The notes beneath the pieces were generated by a model. It did not search any database, was not told where the DNA came from, and worked only from the letters and a program-made list of their open reading frames with translations. From Octopus sinensis (lineage: Eukaryota), in contig NC_043009.1 of assembly GCF_006345805.1 (NCBI RefSeq), positions 70,494,001 through 70,558,000 on the forward strand: 64,000 bases of DNA. Direction: 5' to 3'. Within the stretch, counting starts at the first letter, position 1. Each line of letters begins with the position of its first letter. Below, piece by piece: positions 37,881-53,032 of the stretch. The translations under genes and the position numbers were made by a program.

Positions 37881-38139
37881 TGACGGTGTGTCAACCATTA
37901 CTTGTAGGGCCATTGTTACCAAGATTCGTCCGGTGGAACGCGATGTATTTTAACCACAGAGCGATATTAGTCTGCGACAACTTAAGGTGGAAAGATCTAT
38001 TGAAAAGATAACTTAACGATTGTCCGGAGTCAAAGGATGAGGATGTAAAACATGCACGTTGGGGGGGGGGACCCAAAGTATTTACGAGTGTTTCGGCAAT
38101 TGGGAGAGAGGTACAAGTAGTATTAGTAAAAGAAGAACG

Positions 38140-38700
38140 TACATGCATACAGAAACGTACACATAGATACATTCATGTATGCACACATACACACATACAT
38201 AAATACATACGCCGATGCATGTATACATACACATGTTCATACACATAAATAAATACATATATATATAAATATACACACATACACACAGTTATATATACAC
38301 ACACATATAGATATACATACATGCATATGTGTGTATGTACATGTATGTATAACTATATATGTGTGTGTGTATATAACTGTGTGTATAGATATATGTATTC
38401 ATTTGTGTGTATGAACATGTGTATGTATACATGCATCGGTGTATGTATTTATGTATGTGTGTATGTTTATATGTGTGTATATGGTGTGTGCATATATGTA
38501 TGTATCTATATATATATACATATATACACCCACATATATACCCGGATATATATTTATGTTTGTGCAGGCGTGTGTATGTGTGTGTACAGTCACACGTTCA
38601 CGTACGCACTCTCGTACACACGCACACACACACATGCACACTCACCTACACACATACTCACGCACACACACAAAGATACGCACACACACACGTATGGTTT
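38140..38700. repeat. Degenerate TA/CA/TG low-complexity block
   Basis: Visible. Confidence 0.85.
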
Positions 38701-40872
38701 CGCCAGGGCATTGCAATAGTGGTAAACAATTGCTAAAAATCAATATATTTATGCCTTCGAGCAAAGCGCCACAAAAATACTGAGTTTAATATCGATTAAT
38801 GAATGACAAAAGCATAGGAGTTACTTAGATATTTTCCTTAGTTTCATGGTTCCGTAGAAGCTATAGGATGCTGCACAATCACTCAGCTCTGAATGCACCG
38901 TTTCTAAGAGCGGAAACATCTGCATGCTAATGCTGGTGATTACGTAAGACCTGTTCTTTTATCATTCATTAATTATTATATATAAACGTATGTACGCTTG
39001 TGAAGTAACCTGAAAATACAAATTATTTGCAAAACGTTATTGAGTTCAAGTTTCTATTTACCACAGCATCAAAGAGTTTCATCTGCAACAGTTTTTTATG
39101 TCAAATACCTTTTAATCTTCGCGCCACAACAGGACATAATGTAGAGCCCGTACTGATGTTGCTCTTACTGCTCCAGTACTATCACTGTTGCTCAAGCGAA
39201 GACCCGTGCTGTTGCTCCACTTGCATACTACGTTCACCACCAAGAATATCGAGTCACCATGATAAAAGAAAATATAAAATGCGCCAAGGCAATTATTGCT
39301 CGACCGCAGCCACAACACATTTATTGTTCGGACCATTATTCATTAGTATTTCAAGCAGTAAGAGCAAGAAATATTTGAACAACCAGTGAAAATGAGTTCC
39401 TTGTGCACTGGATCCGTCAGCATATATCTTGCCCAAGTATGTGAAAACTCTTGTCTACTTTCTCTGCTCCGTATCAAGCGTCCAATTATGTTAGTGCAAT
39501 CATCTTCGCTGCAGGTGGAGATCCATTTGTGTTGACGATCTTAATGCCGAGGGAACTAAGCTAAACAATAAAGTTATGAGACACACTACCAAAACGATAT
39601 GAGGACTAGGAAGTTAGTGATTTGTCCGAAGCTGATTGGTGAGTAATGTGCATTCTTTCAATGACTTCTGCTGAGAGTGCTTCATTCTTGTTTTAAATCA
39701 TATTTCTTCAGAGCTGCACCAACTATTTTTGGCAGAAAACTTTCAAGACGTTTACCTTCCTTAATCTCCAACGTGAGCAGTTTTATCAAAAGTGATGGTC
39801 TCAAATTTAGAGCGAAGACCTGCCAACTGAATTTGAGTGAAGCTTCGAGCTTCGTTTCGTGGCAAAATTCCCAAGCACAAGAATTACCATTGTTTAACGC
39901 CTGTTACTTATGGATTTTTAAGTCACATTTTTTAAATGTGTTATACAGTGACAATTATACTGAGGAGTGATATATTAATAGAACGTGATTTATGATAAAA
40001 AAAAACCCACTTGTCCTAATATTTGAGAAAACGTTTGAGAAAACGCAGATAAAATGTCAAGCAGAACGCACCTTACGTCTGATAATCTTTCGACCTGAAA
40101 GTCTGATATGAATATGGTCTTATCTGAAAGAAAGTGTTATGAATATAATCTAATCGCACGCGTCCAGATATATTTTATGCTCAACACCTGCTATAAATTT
40201 TGCTCGTTTTAACTCGAAGTTCATATTATGCTATAAGAATCTCAACGATTTACGTTATAGATTGTGAACTACACACACACACAAAAGATGTGCCAGACAA
40301 CTGGATAGAAAACACTAGGGAAGTTAGCAATTCCAAATACAAATAAAATAGTGGCATAAAGCAAAACATGCCCGTTTCGTGAGATACAATAAACAAGGAC
40401 AGAAATTGGGAATTTCAGAAAACCACTGCAATCTCGCATGGGACCCGTGATTCGACCAGAGAATCGATCGAATGATTGTATAAAATACGCCGGCCACACC
40501 ACCCCCATACACACGATATAATATTTCTCTCATGACACCCGAGATGTAGCAGAAGAGATTCTTAAAATCCTGAGAGGAAGGAGGTCAGATGATTCTAGAA
40601 TCATTTAATATGGTATTGCTGGTTTCTCATCTGTATGCGCAGTTTTCTTCGTATCTAAAGTCTTTCTACTCGATATCCGTGTGTCCCGGGTGTCTGACAC
40701 GTATTTATACCCCTTTAAGCGTGGTCTTATGGATGAGGCTCACACCCGGCTGGATAACAAGGTCGAACGGATTGTTCCCTGTATATTTCACAGCATGTTC
40801 AAATCAGCTCTTCTACAATGAACCAAATGACCCGGTCACGTGAATGAAGCTTCTGATCTTATGAGTCAATGG

Positions 40873-40896
40873 GATGATGATGATGATGACGATGAC

Positions 40897-40928
<32 letters not shown>

Positions 40929-40939
40929 CGACGACGATT

Positions 40940-40972
<33 letters not shown>

Positions 40973-41235
40973 ATAATAATAATATAAATGAGAAGAAGAA
41001 GAAGAAGAAGAAGAAGAAACAAATGAAAATGAAGAAAGAAATGAAAATGAAGAAAATCAACAATGATATATTAATGATGATGAGAATAATGAAGATAAGA
41101 GCAACAGCAACAACAACAACAACAAAAACAACAACAACAATGATATTGAAAATAATTGTTTCAAGTTTTAGTATAAGGCCAGCAATTTCAGGAGGATGGT
41201 ATTATGAGTGTGTGTGCATGTGTGTGTGTGTGTGT

Positions 41236-41269
<34 letters not shown>

Positions 41270-41295
41270 TGTGTGCGTGTGCGTGCGTGCATGTG
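40873..41295. repeat. Compound (GAT)n, (AAG)n, (ACA)n and (TG)n microsatellites
   Basis: Visible; source of the poly-D/poly-K/poly-T ORF. Confidence 0.92.
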
Positions 41296-41669
41296 CTTGT
41301 ATTTTGGAGAGAAATAAAGTAATAAAGTGAGATGCCGAAGGAGATGGAGAGAAAGCGGGGGAGAACGTGAAGGAGAGTGATTCGATGTGTAAAGTCGAAG
41401 GAGATGTGTTGTATTTAAAAGTGTTCTAGGTAAAAGTAATTAATGATATACTAATAAGAGCAAATAGAATTAGAAATTATCGTTGGTTTAGAAGCCAGTA
41501 ATTTTGAACGTTTGAAGCAAGCAGCGGCAAGCCTGTTCTTCAATATGCAATTAATTAGTAGATTAAAAGCAAAATAAATATATATTACATAGGAAAGGAA
41601 AAACTCCAGCGACTGAAGCGATAAGAGCGAATGAGGAGGAAGCGGTGTGTTTTAGGTGTGCTTCTGCGC

Positions 41670-41724
41670 ATAATCACACACACACACACACACATATAGG
41701 TGTATGAATGTATGGATATAAGTA

Positions 41725-41776
<52 letters not shown>

Positions 41777-41854
41777 TATTATACATAAATCTAACATATA
41801 TGCATATATATATATGTATATATATATATGCATATATATATGCATATATATATG

Positions 41855-41913
<59 letters not shown>

Positions 41914-42049
41914 GTGTATATATATATATGTATATGTATATATATATATGCATGTATATATATATATATATATATACATATATGTATATATATGCATGTA
42001 TATATATATATATATACATATATGTATATTATATATATATATATACATA

Positions 42050-42093
<44 letters not shown>

Positions 42094-42752
42094 TACACAT
42101 ATATAGAATGGAAGATAGATAAATAGATAAAGAGAGTGAGAGAGTGAGTGAGAGAGATTCGGGGAAACGGAGAGAGTGAGAGCGATACACGTATGTATAT
42201 ACACGCAGTTACACACAAAGCACAGAAAAACTTTGAAATTCATCGAACAGCAAAAACCAAAACAATATCAACAAGATCGATATCATAAACATATTTAAAA
42301 GTAATAACGCAATACATTCATTGATGATTATTTAATGATATATAATATATATATAGGAGTCTGCAGAAAAGCGTTTCGTAATTATAAGGTAGTAGCGCAA
42401 TTGAAATAGTATTTGAATGCATAATTTTCGTGAAATCTGATAAAAATGCCGTCAATTGCTGTTCACTTCCCCCATTGAATTGATTAATAGAGAAGCTTAA
42501 CACAATTTTTCTGTTTGCTGCTTCACAAATACATGCATATACACACTCATGTATATATATATATATATGTATGTATGTAAGTATGTATGTATATGTATAT
42601 ATTAAATATATATACATATGTATTAAATATATTTATTCTTCTGGTTATGCTGTTACATTGTGTAGTGTGAGCTGCTCGTTCCTTCTCTGCTATAAGCCAT
42701 TTCTTCGCTATTCTTCTTTTCGTATATCCCATGCGTCTGCGCGCGTGTGTGC

Positions 42753-42796
<44 letters not shown>

Positions 42797-43160
42797 GCAT
42801 ACCTTTTCCTCACTATATAGAATTTTGGTCCCCAAAACCGATATTCTGCTCGCCTCTTCAACCTTAATCTTATTCCAACTCTTCACCCCTGCCCACAGAA
42901 GCAATATACATGCATACATACATACATATATATATACATGTATATGTATGCCTGTATATTATATATATATATATATATAGATATATATATATATATATAT
43001 ATACATGCATACATACATATATATTCATATATATGAGTACATGCATACATACATACTTATATATATATATATATATATATATACAGGTACATATAAATGT
43101 ATATACATACATACATATTTATATATATATATATATATATATAGGTACATATAAATGTAT

Positions 43161-43203
<43 letters not shown>

Positions 43204-43250
43204 GATGTGTGCATGTGTGAATGTGTATATATATGTATATCTACTATATA
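41670..43250. repeat. Large TA-rich, (TG)n-containing low-complexity region
   Basis: Visible; interrupted by short unique stretches. Confidence 0.85.
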
Positions 43251-45463
43251 GGTGTGCCACTTTGCAGTAACACAACTGGAAGTTCTGTTTCCCGCCTCGT
43301 CAGAAACATTGGAGAAAATATTTCGATTATTAGTTATTTAGTGGAACATTAAAATTTAATTGTGAACATTTGTTATCTGTCGTTATTGTCGTATATGTTA
43401 TTTGCATTATGTGTGGAGTTGGCCAATGTGTAATTATTCGGCTGATAGTGTATATGTGTTGCAATATATTGAAATTTGTGGATATGCTATAATGGGAACG
43501 ATAATTTGACAAAAGATATTTTTAAGTGAACGAGATAAGTGGATGGTAAATCTGACGCCATTAAAAATTCGTCAATGTGCTTTTATGGAAATGAACGGAT
43601 GAAAACATATGAGCATTTTTTTTAATGAGTAGGAGGTGTTATATGGGAGAGTACATTATCTTAATTTAGTGTCTGAAAATTATATTGGCGATTCATATCT
43701 ATATTTCAATATGCACATGCATGTTGAATGTTTTCTTATATTGTTTGTGTAAAAATATTAATTCAAGAATATATAAATAACAGAAGAAATTTGATAGTAG
43801 GTAAAGTTGAACAAATCTAGATGCCGCTGTGCTTTCATATTCCTGATGTGACTCGCCGGCATTGTGTTGAATATAGCAATGTAGATGGTTACTAAGATTG
43901 GGCTTGTTATAAAAACCATCGGAGTATTATGTGCCATTTCTGTGCGCTGAGGGTAAACTTTGTGTGACGGCGATATTTTAATATGTATGTCATTGACAGG
44001 CCAGAGATTAGCAAAGAAACAATTGCTTCTTAGGGTGGATTGTTTGTTGCTAACACAAGCAAGATGCACGATGTGTATTGTTATCTTATTAACTGCGAAA
44101 CGGGCTGCTAGCTCAAACAATCATTAGAGCGTCGAGTAAAATGCTGTGGGTGTTTCTTTCATCTATCTCTTTATATTCTCACTTTAAATCCCACGAATAG
44201 GAAATTTAGTTTTACGCTCCTGGGGCCGATCAGTATCAGTCAGGTATTAATGTCGATGGAATCAATTTACCCCGGTTGCCTTAAACGTATTGACTTTGAG
44301 CTTAAATTGAAGTCCCTTACTTGACAGAATTTTAACAACGTTTGGCATTGTTGTATTTCTCTGTTCTAGTGTGATAGGATCGATATTGTTTCATATCTCT
44401 ATCCAGTGGGAAAAAATTCTATCACCGATCAATCGCAAAAGTTTGAGTAATGTGTTTGATATCTAAATACTAATTTTAGATTTACAATACAAATGCAACC
44501 ACAGAGTTTTTCGTGATGCATCTTCATGTTATATTCTGGACTGCTTCAAAATATTTTCTGCAAAAATACTGATTGCTAATGTACTGTTAAATATATTTTA
44601 TTTTGTTACGAAATGAGTTTTCATCGGAAAGAAAGCCGATATTAGGATGCATAAAATTCGGGTTTAATTTTCTGAAACAGGTTTGCAGTTGCTAGAACAT
44701 ATATGTATACATACACACATATAGATGTGTGTATGTGTGTGTTTGTATGTGTACGTGCGTGTGTGTGTGTGTGTGTGTATAGTTATATGTATGTATATAT
44801 TTTCCATGTTTTTGTATTTGTGTTTTCGTTTCTCATTGTGTTCAACGTTTTTTTGATGTCCTGTACCCATTTATGCATGTATATATACAAATACATGTAA
44901 GTATGTATATTATATCTATATAATATATATATATATATATAATATATATATTATATATATATGCATATTTTATACATTATTAATATTATTATATGATCGA
45001 ACGCCACGCATCCTTTTCCAAGTATATATATATATATATATTCATTTATGTATCACATTTAATGTAAATACATTGTTAAAAAATATTTATTGCGTCATTA
45101 GTTGAGAGATATCTTATGGGTGTGCTGCGTTTAAAATCAATATATATCGGAGAAGAATGAAAATCGTCAGCAAGTATCGACTTGCGAGAACGTCAATTGC
45201 ATTTGGGCCCCGTTGGGATTTGTTAATGGTGTGTACTTACACCCAGCTCTATTTTTATACGAGAATTGTTAGCTCCGATATGTATGAAAACTGAAAAACT
45301 CTCCCTGGTATAGCGAATAACCACCCATTTTATGAATAGAATTTTTATTCGGCCGGGTGGAAAATCACAAAACTGTAAATGCTTTTTAATGTTTATCTAT
45401 AAATCGGAGGACACAAATCTCGTCGAAACATGCGACCACATCCGTGTACACAACATTGACGAG

Positions 45464-45464
<1 letters not shown>

Positions 45465-45545
<81 letters not shown>

Positions 45546-45590
45546 GGTCTATATGTTTATCTATATATATATCTATCTATCTATCTGTAT
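45465..45590. repeat. (TCTA)n microsatellite
   Basis: Visible. Confidence 0.95.
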
Positions 45591-45716
45591 AGCGTGGTTA
45601 TGTGGCAAGAAGCTGACATCCCAATCACATGGTTCCGGGTTCAGTCACACTACGTGGTACCTCGGTCCGACCAAATCTTCGTGAGTCGATTTGGTAGACG
45701 GACACTGAAAGAAGCT
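45591..45716 (+). mobile_element. Internally deleted SINE head (56085 family)
   Basis: gcgtggttatgtggcaag...cacatGGTTCCGGGTTCAGTC...gatttggtagacggacactgaaagaagc. Confidence 0.8.
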
Positions 45717-45940
45717 AATCGGTATAACGGAAGGTAATCACATAAAGCTTATTCTCTCGTTATTCACTTTCCAACTGGTATTACGCTTTTGGCTGACTTT
45801 CTGTTTCATGTGTTCAGGGCAGAGAACTTCGGAATCGTACAATTTCGTGGTTTAATGACCTACGAGAACCTGCCTTGTTTTTCCAACTTCTTTATACTTG
45901 TAACACGGGTTACTTTCCCAGTCATAAGTTCCAGCCCCTT

Positions 45941-45972
<32 letters not shown>

Positions 45973-46090
45973 GGTGGGGATAGTAGTAGTAGTTGTAGTA
46001 GTAGTAGCAGTAGTAGTAGTGTTGTTGTTGGTCGTGGTGGTTTTAGTGGTAGTAGTTGTAGTAGTAGTAGTGATAGTGGTTGTGGTGGTA
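45941..46090. repeat. (GTA/GTG/GTT)n microsatellite
   Basis: Visible. Confidence 0.93.
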
Positions 46091-49000
46091 GATACTTGGT
46101 ATTTCAATAAGGTCATGGTAACTTTTGATTTTGTTTTATATAAACCATTCCAATTCTCAAAGCATGTAGAAATGTGGTGAGAAGGTCACGTGTGCAATTG
46201 AATATTGTTGGGACAAATGTCTCAACTGTGTCCGTTTTCATGAGTTTTATACTTTGAAAGGCTCTACTTTGGCTCTACTTTGTTTGATTGTCAACCAAAA
46301 CTTTAGAGCCCCTCCTACCAATATGACCAGTTATTCCCCGACTCGCCACCAGCCATCCACCCGGGTTCTACTAAGTATTTTCGAGGTTCCTTTCTCCTGG
46401 AAAGGTTCCATTTAGTATGCTGTGGCGTGTCTTTACCATTGCAGTAAACAATGAAGGACATCGACTGTTGGATGGCCATTGACTCTGCTGAGTTTATTTA
46501 TACCCGTAGGTTTTTCTTTTCGTTCTGTAGGGTGTCCGACAAGACTCGCCCTCTTCACCAAATATGCATAGTAGGGTTGCCGGCTTAGTCACCGACAGCA
46601 CGACCATGTCAGGTTATTTGTTACCGGTAGCAATACATGAGACCAGACATCATCATCATCATCATCATCGTCATCATCATCATCAGTTGTAGTAGTAGTT
46701 GCTATAGTAGTAATAGTATATACTTGTATTTGGTATTTCAATAAGTCAACTTCAGTTTTTGATCAATTCAAATTCTCTAAATATGTAGAAATATGGTTAG
46801 AAAGTCACGTATGTAAAATAACTAAGTTTAACTAAACAAAAAAATGAAAATAATTATAATTATAATTATAAAAAGTGAGTCTTGTATTAAATTATGAGAA
46901 GGAACAGAATCAAAAACATGAAAGAGGTTAAATCTGTGAAAGGTTAAATGTCAACTTAGGATGCACGAAATTTTAAATTTTGAAAGATATTTAGAAAGTT
47001 GAAATCCAAAGAAAAATGTTTTACTCCTTTTCAGTTAATTTAATCAGACATTTGAAACTAGAACTGATGAACAATTTCTACTGGTTCCGTGGTTTAGAGT
47101 ATGCTAATATGCTTGGATCCTTAACAGGATAGCTTCCTGACCACTCATTTCAGGATCACTGTATACGGCATGTATATCGCCTACAAAATACTCAGGGGTC
47201 TTCATGATCTTTCACTGAAATATGTAAATGGAATTTGAATTGGATAATGTGCCGAAACGTGTGTGTGTGCGTGCGTGTGTGTGCCCGCACGCGCGTGTGC
47301 GTGTATGTAAATATAAAGAATGAACATGAATTACCGACAATTTAATTCGCTTACACTTGTTTCGAATATCCCAGCACAATGCAACTGCAGCACATTGTGG
47401 TATGCATATTTAATCGATCCTCCATCTGATCGATTCAGTATCCAGAAGAATAGGGTCCCTGCTTACAAAGCTCTTCTTCTACAAGGTAATATGCCGGTAT
47501 CTAAAATTGGTATGCATTGAGTTAATGTGGAATGGGTTTGACGAACCATAAATAACTGACCACAGTTCCTATTTTATTGTATTCTGTCATCCTTAATGAA
47601 TACAGACTGTTGACAGACAGTTCTATTGGTCCTGAAATATGTTACAATGATTCAGTAAGTCTACGAAACACAATACGAAAGTTTACTAGTGAAATGTTCC
47701 TCTTAATACTTCTATAAGAATCACGCAGCACTGAAATGACGGAGTACATCAAAGAACAAATCCTTTGTCTGACATTCAAATTGCATTCTAGAAGTTTTAC
47801 AAATTTTCAGAATAATTATTGATTAGTTTAAAAGAAGTACAAAACTCTAACCTCTTTCAAAGTAAGAATCTTCTGATCTCAATACAGTTACCGTAGACTT
47901 CCAGCCATTTAGTAGAGAACTCTTGAAAGTCCTCCAAAATGAAGGTAACCAGGATCATATTCGCATCTTCTCACTATTTTCGAAACGGTTTTCTTTCGGC
48001 TCGGGGAACAACTGAAAATCACAAGAAGCAACGTCTGGATCGTAGGGAGGCTGAGGTACATAGTGGACGCCCAGATCTGTTAAGAAGTTGGTTATCCGGA
48101 TGGAATTGTAGACTAGTGTATTGTCCTGCTATACGTTGAACTAGCTCTTGACTTTGGCAATGCAATCATTTCCTGAACTCACTCACAACCTCCAGAATTA
48201 GTGTTTGTTGATCGTCTGATTAGAGAGAGCTCAGTAGAGGTATATGATGCCCTTGGGGTCGAAACAATGCATCACCATGTGCTTCCCAGTGGACTTGCCT
48301 TCCCTGGCATTCTTGAGTCTGGAGGAGCCAAGATACTTTCATTCGGAGACATTTTGGTCTCCGAATCATGACAGTAGATCCAACTTTCCTCGCAGTTCAC
48401 TACAGACTCAAATACTCAACCAAAGAGTCTTAAGAAACACTTCACACGGGCAAACGTCATATCATGAGATAATTTGAAATTCTCCGTGAAAAACTATGGA
48501 GACAAGAGATGTGGAATATGCAGTAACAATAACAATAACAATTCCAAATATTTGGATATTGATTCCCATATAAAATTTAGAAATAGATTCTCCTTCCCAA
48601 TAAATTCAAACAGGAGCTGAAACACACTGAATATGAAATACTTCAATAACTTCTTCACTTAATGAAACTGGAAATTCTCTTTGTCAAAATTCATAGACAG
48701 CATATCAAACAAATAGAATTAAGACAAATTCCACTGAGTAAACATCTAGAAATATGCAGAAAAAAAGAGATTTAAGATTTTTTTTTAATGCTCGAGGGAT
48801 GATCTAAAATATCAGAAAGAAATGCAAATCTATTTCATAAAAGACATTTTCAACAAAAACTGTGTAAAAAGCATGTTTATAAAAACACCAGGAATTTTTT
48901 AATCAAAAATATTTCCAAGACGAACCAAAGTAAATAATCACTGGATATTATTAACGATGTTATTATTTCTCTTACTAAATTTATTCACACACTTTGAAAA

Positions 49001-49995
49001 ACTTTCCCAAACAATTTCAGGGATTCTGTATCTTACTCGATATAGAATCCATGATTAAAAGCAGCCACAATTTATTACAATTGATAAAATGTTTGACCTT
49101 CTTTGGCCTGTCGCACGTCAACTATCCCAGTAAACACTTCCTTCGTTCATCCTGTCTTTAATTATAGTTTTATTATTTATCTATTTCTTCTCTAACGAAG
49201 CCGCCAAAAATTATGATATACGCTTTGTTTAAACACCTTTACCACGCAGACATATACACACCCATTGGTTAAACATTGCAAACAACATCTTAAACAATCA
49301 TTCCCAAAACATTCTTTTTCGAAAATAAGAAAGCAAATTGAAGTCTTCAAATTTTTCAACTATCTAACATATATTTAAAAGCGATAAATTTACAAGAAAC
49401 CCCTGTTCCCGCTGAATCGCTGAAGGGGATGGAAACGCTCAGTAAATAAGGAGCTCACGTTCAGTTGTGCTTCTCCTCTATTTGTATTGCTTGAAATATT
49501 TTGTTGATTTGTATTTATTGTTTGTCGAAGAAAAGTAAATGTTAATAACTATATGAGCGTATTCAATTCTGATCAGTGGGAATTAACCCCCAGTTATATG
49601 CATATAGATGCATATGCACATTTATACACATATTCACACACCACTCACACACACAAACATACACACAATGTTGTTATTTAAATTCACTTGAATAACATCC
49701 TCCTTCAAAGAAGTGTATAAAGACGTTGTTTCACTTCTTTCTTCACTTTGCTGTTGATGTTGTGGATAATGTTCTGGTATCTTGATAGAATATATATATT
49801 TGTTTTTTTTGTTCTTGCCTTCGATCTTCCGAATAGAAACAGATAAACACGTTTAGTTTCATTAGCATCAATTATTGCATTCATAATTAAGCATTGGTTT
49901 CCGATGTTTCTGTCATTACCTTAGGACTCATCATTATCATCAGTGACGTCATAAATGACCAACATCCTTATCGTGAACATTAAAGTCAATACAGC

Positions 49996-50280
49996 AACGA
50001 TGATGATGATGACGATGACGACGACGACGATGATGATGATGATGAGAAGAAGAGGAGAAAAAGAAGAAGAAGAAGAAGAAGAAGAAGAAGAAGAAGAAGA
50101 AGAAGAAGAAGAAGAAGAAGAAGAAGAAGAAGAAGAAGAAGAAGAAGAAGAAGAAGAAGAAGAAGAAGAAGAGGAAGGAGAAGAAGAAGGAGAAGAAGAA
50201 GAAGAAGAAGAAGAGAAGAAGAAGAAGAGAAGAAGAAGAAGAAGAAGAAGAAGAAGAAGAAGAAGAAGAAGAAGAAGAAT
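49996..50280. repeat. (GAT/GAC)n followed by a long (GAA)n microsatellite
   Basis: Visible; frame-shifting interruptions give poly-M, poly-E and poly-R readings. Confidence 0.96.
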
Positions 50281-51414
50281 GTTAATAATAATCCTTTCTA
50301 ATATAGACACAAGGCCTGAAATTTTAGGGGAGGAGCCAGACGATTAACGAAGGAGGGATATTGCGACATGAGACACACCACTCTTGGAACGCCATTCCTG
50401 ATACTTTACTCTCATATTTTGATTTTTTGGTGTAGGTAAAACAATAACATTTTATCACTTAATCTTCCAGAGTATCAAGAGCTGGCAGAGAAATGAGAGA
50501 AAAGCTTAGCTGTGTGGGTGGCTCGTGTCAGTATTTCTATATTCAGCAAGTATATTGCAGTTAAAACAGCAAAGAAAATTAAACTTAAAATTACCGGAAT
50601 TGTAGTCGAAAGACGGAATAAAGAAAAAGAAATTTTAATAATTAAATCTGTAACGACTATACAGCTAGAAAGAAATTAATGTAGTTTATTTCATTATGCT
50701 AAGAATGAGAATATAAAGAGTTATGTGTTAAAGTTTCATAAAGCTAAGGAAGTGGAATTCAATGATTATAAATGATATAATTAAAACATTTTAAAATTCT
50801 GCAGTGATTTCATTATTTCTATTTCTATAACATGCCTTAATTGCCAAATATCTCAAAGAATTGAATAAGTATTGTACCATTGTGTACAAAGAGAAACAAT
50901 AAATATTCTTACAGATATGACATTAGACATTAGAAAATATTTTCATTAATACATTTACAAGAACGAAATCATAATTAATCCATGGAACGGACACCAGAGG
51001 AAAGAAGCAGAAACGACGTATCTATGTATGTTTCAAAATATAAACGAATACACATACAATCAATTAGATCCCATATACCTATCTGCCTCTTTGTACAGTT
51101 TATTATATAAATATAAATGACTAAAAATTAGGTGAGATTGAAACACTTTTATCCATTCGAAATTCGGCAAACTAAAGTAATGCTTGATTTCTTTTTTGTA
51201 CACGATGTCGCAGTGTAATTGTACATTTTTATCAAATATACGTTACTCACACACGCTTGCGTGCACGTATATGCACATTTATGCTAGCAAAATATGTGTG
51301 AGGATATATCATATACATGTGACGATATATGTGTATGTGTGTGTGTGTGTGTGAGCGTATGTGTGAGCGCATGCGTGAGTGTGTGTGCGGGAGTGTGTGT
51401 GTGTGTGTGTTTGG

Positions 51415-51627
51415 TTGTGTTTCTCTTCCACCACTGCTTGACAAACGATATTGGTTTGTTTACGACTCCGTAACTTAGCGACTCAGCGAAAACACCGATA
51501 AAATGAGTACCAGGCTTTAAAAAAATAAATACGTGCGGGGCGGCAATATGTTCGGTTAAAGGCCTCGAGCCGCTGCCCCATCATGGCCGCTGTCCAATGA
51601 CTGAAACAGGTAAAAGATAAAAGATAA
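51415..51627 (+). mobile_element. SINE 3' half (56085 family)
   Basis: tttacg..ccgtaacttagcg...gataaaatgagtaccaggcttt...catggccgc.gtc.aatgactgaaacaggtaaaagataaaag. Confidence 0.8.
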
Positions 51628-53032
51628 TTAAGATAGTGTATTGACAACCAAATACAACAAACAAGGAATAGAATTACAAACAGTTTCTGTCTTAGAATGG
51701 AGACAGAGTCAACGGTATAATCAGTGGCAGAGATTTCGAATCGTTGTTGTGCGAGTCAGTAATTGAGATGTATTCTAATCTGTCAAATAGAAATAGAAAC
51801 AAGAAGTGCAAAGAACAAATTGATAGGTACGGTGTCAGATATGGGGAAGTTTACAAGAAGGAAACTATAATTAATCCTGCATTCAGGCTTTCACACAGAG
51901 ATGAGTATACTCTCACTTGGACATGCGTTTGTATGTGATTATCATATATATGTATAATGCATATGTGCATACATGCACCTATACAAGTAAAAGATTTGAT
52001 TTTGTGTCCGTATGTTTGTATATATATGTGTTAATCAAGAAGTTGAAAGTTCTGTTTTGACTGATTTTTGGTACGATGCCAATCAACAGCTTAAACTCAA
52101 AACACTGGAACGGAATATTGATTCGCTTGTTTCCACTTCATTTATTCTGGTTTGAAACTTAATGAATTCCTCAAAAGAAGAATAGAACCAAATCGGTGCA
52201 ACTATTAACTCAATATTTCGCGATTTAAGCAAGCGTTAAAATAATCCGGGTAATATACGATGGATAAATTGCAGTGACCTAGTATATATGGAATTTTCAA
52301 TGAGAAGAAGCAAGGCAACTGCCTGTCCCATTACCAAACCTGACACTAATAACATTGATCTATTGTATTAATATTGTCAGATTAGAATTCTACGGATGAT
52401 TAAACCCATCTTTCGAATGTATATTCACGATATTTATATTTACACTACATCGTGATAGATGTAAACGCCAGTCAACATGATGCTGTTGCACACACTCATA
52501 TGTGTATGTATATGTATGTGTGTTTGTATGTGTATGCATATATGTGTATGTGTGCGAGGGTGTGTGTGGGTGTAGTTGTGTCTGTGTGTCTGTCTGCGTG
52601 TGTGCATATATTCATAGGCACATTATATATTTTTCTTTGTTGCCTTTGTCACCCTCTTGTCATTTTTATTGTCTACTTGCTCATCCTTTTCTTCTTACTC
52701 GCTCCCTCATATTATAAACCCCAATGGCATTATAGGATGCTTTATGGTCCATACTTTTGATTTCGTATATTGGAACAAAGTTACGCATTTTGGGTTGAAG
52801 AAACAATTTAATTAGATTACCAATACCTACGGGACTAAAATTCAAACTTGTTCATTACACTATTTGCAATCAGAATATAAATGTATGGACCAAAAATTCT
52901 CAAATTAAGTGATCGGAAACTCTGCTTCTTGTGCTGTCCACCATGTTTATCGTAGTTGTAACAATTGTTCAAGGAGAATATTTTGCAAGAGACTAAATTA
53001 CTTTAGATTAACGATAGCACTTGTTATTTAGC

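Noticed and set aside
47064-47260. CTGATGA...GCCGAAACGT as a long-loop hammerhead
   Set aside because: No stem II closing pairs.
47920-49400. Possible degenerate retroelement ORF
   Set aside because: The composition is suggestive, but I could not recover any diagnostic motif.
49415-49445. CTGAAGG-GGATG-GAAAC motif
   Set aside because: A9 is mutated and there is no room for stem II.
49955-50347. Poly-M/E/R ORF; also the poly-D/K/T ORF at 40840-41322 and the poly-E ORF at 37557-37883
   Set aside because: Trinucleotide microsatellites with no splice or homology support.
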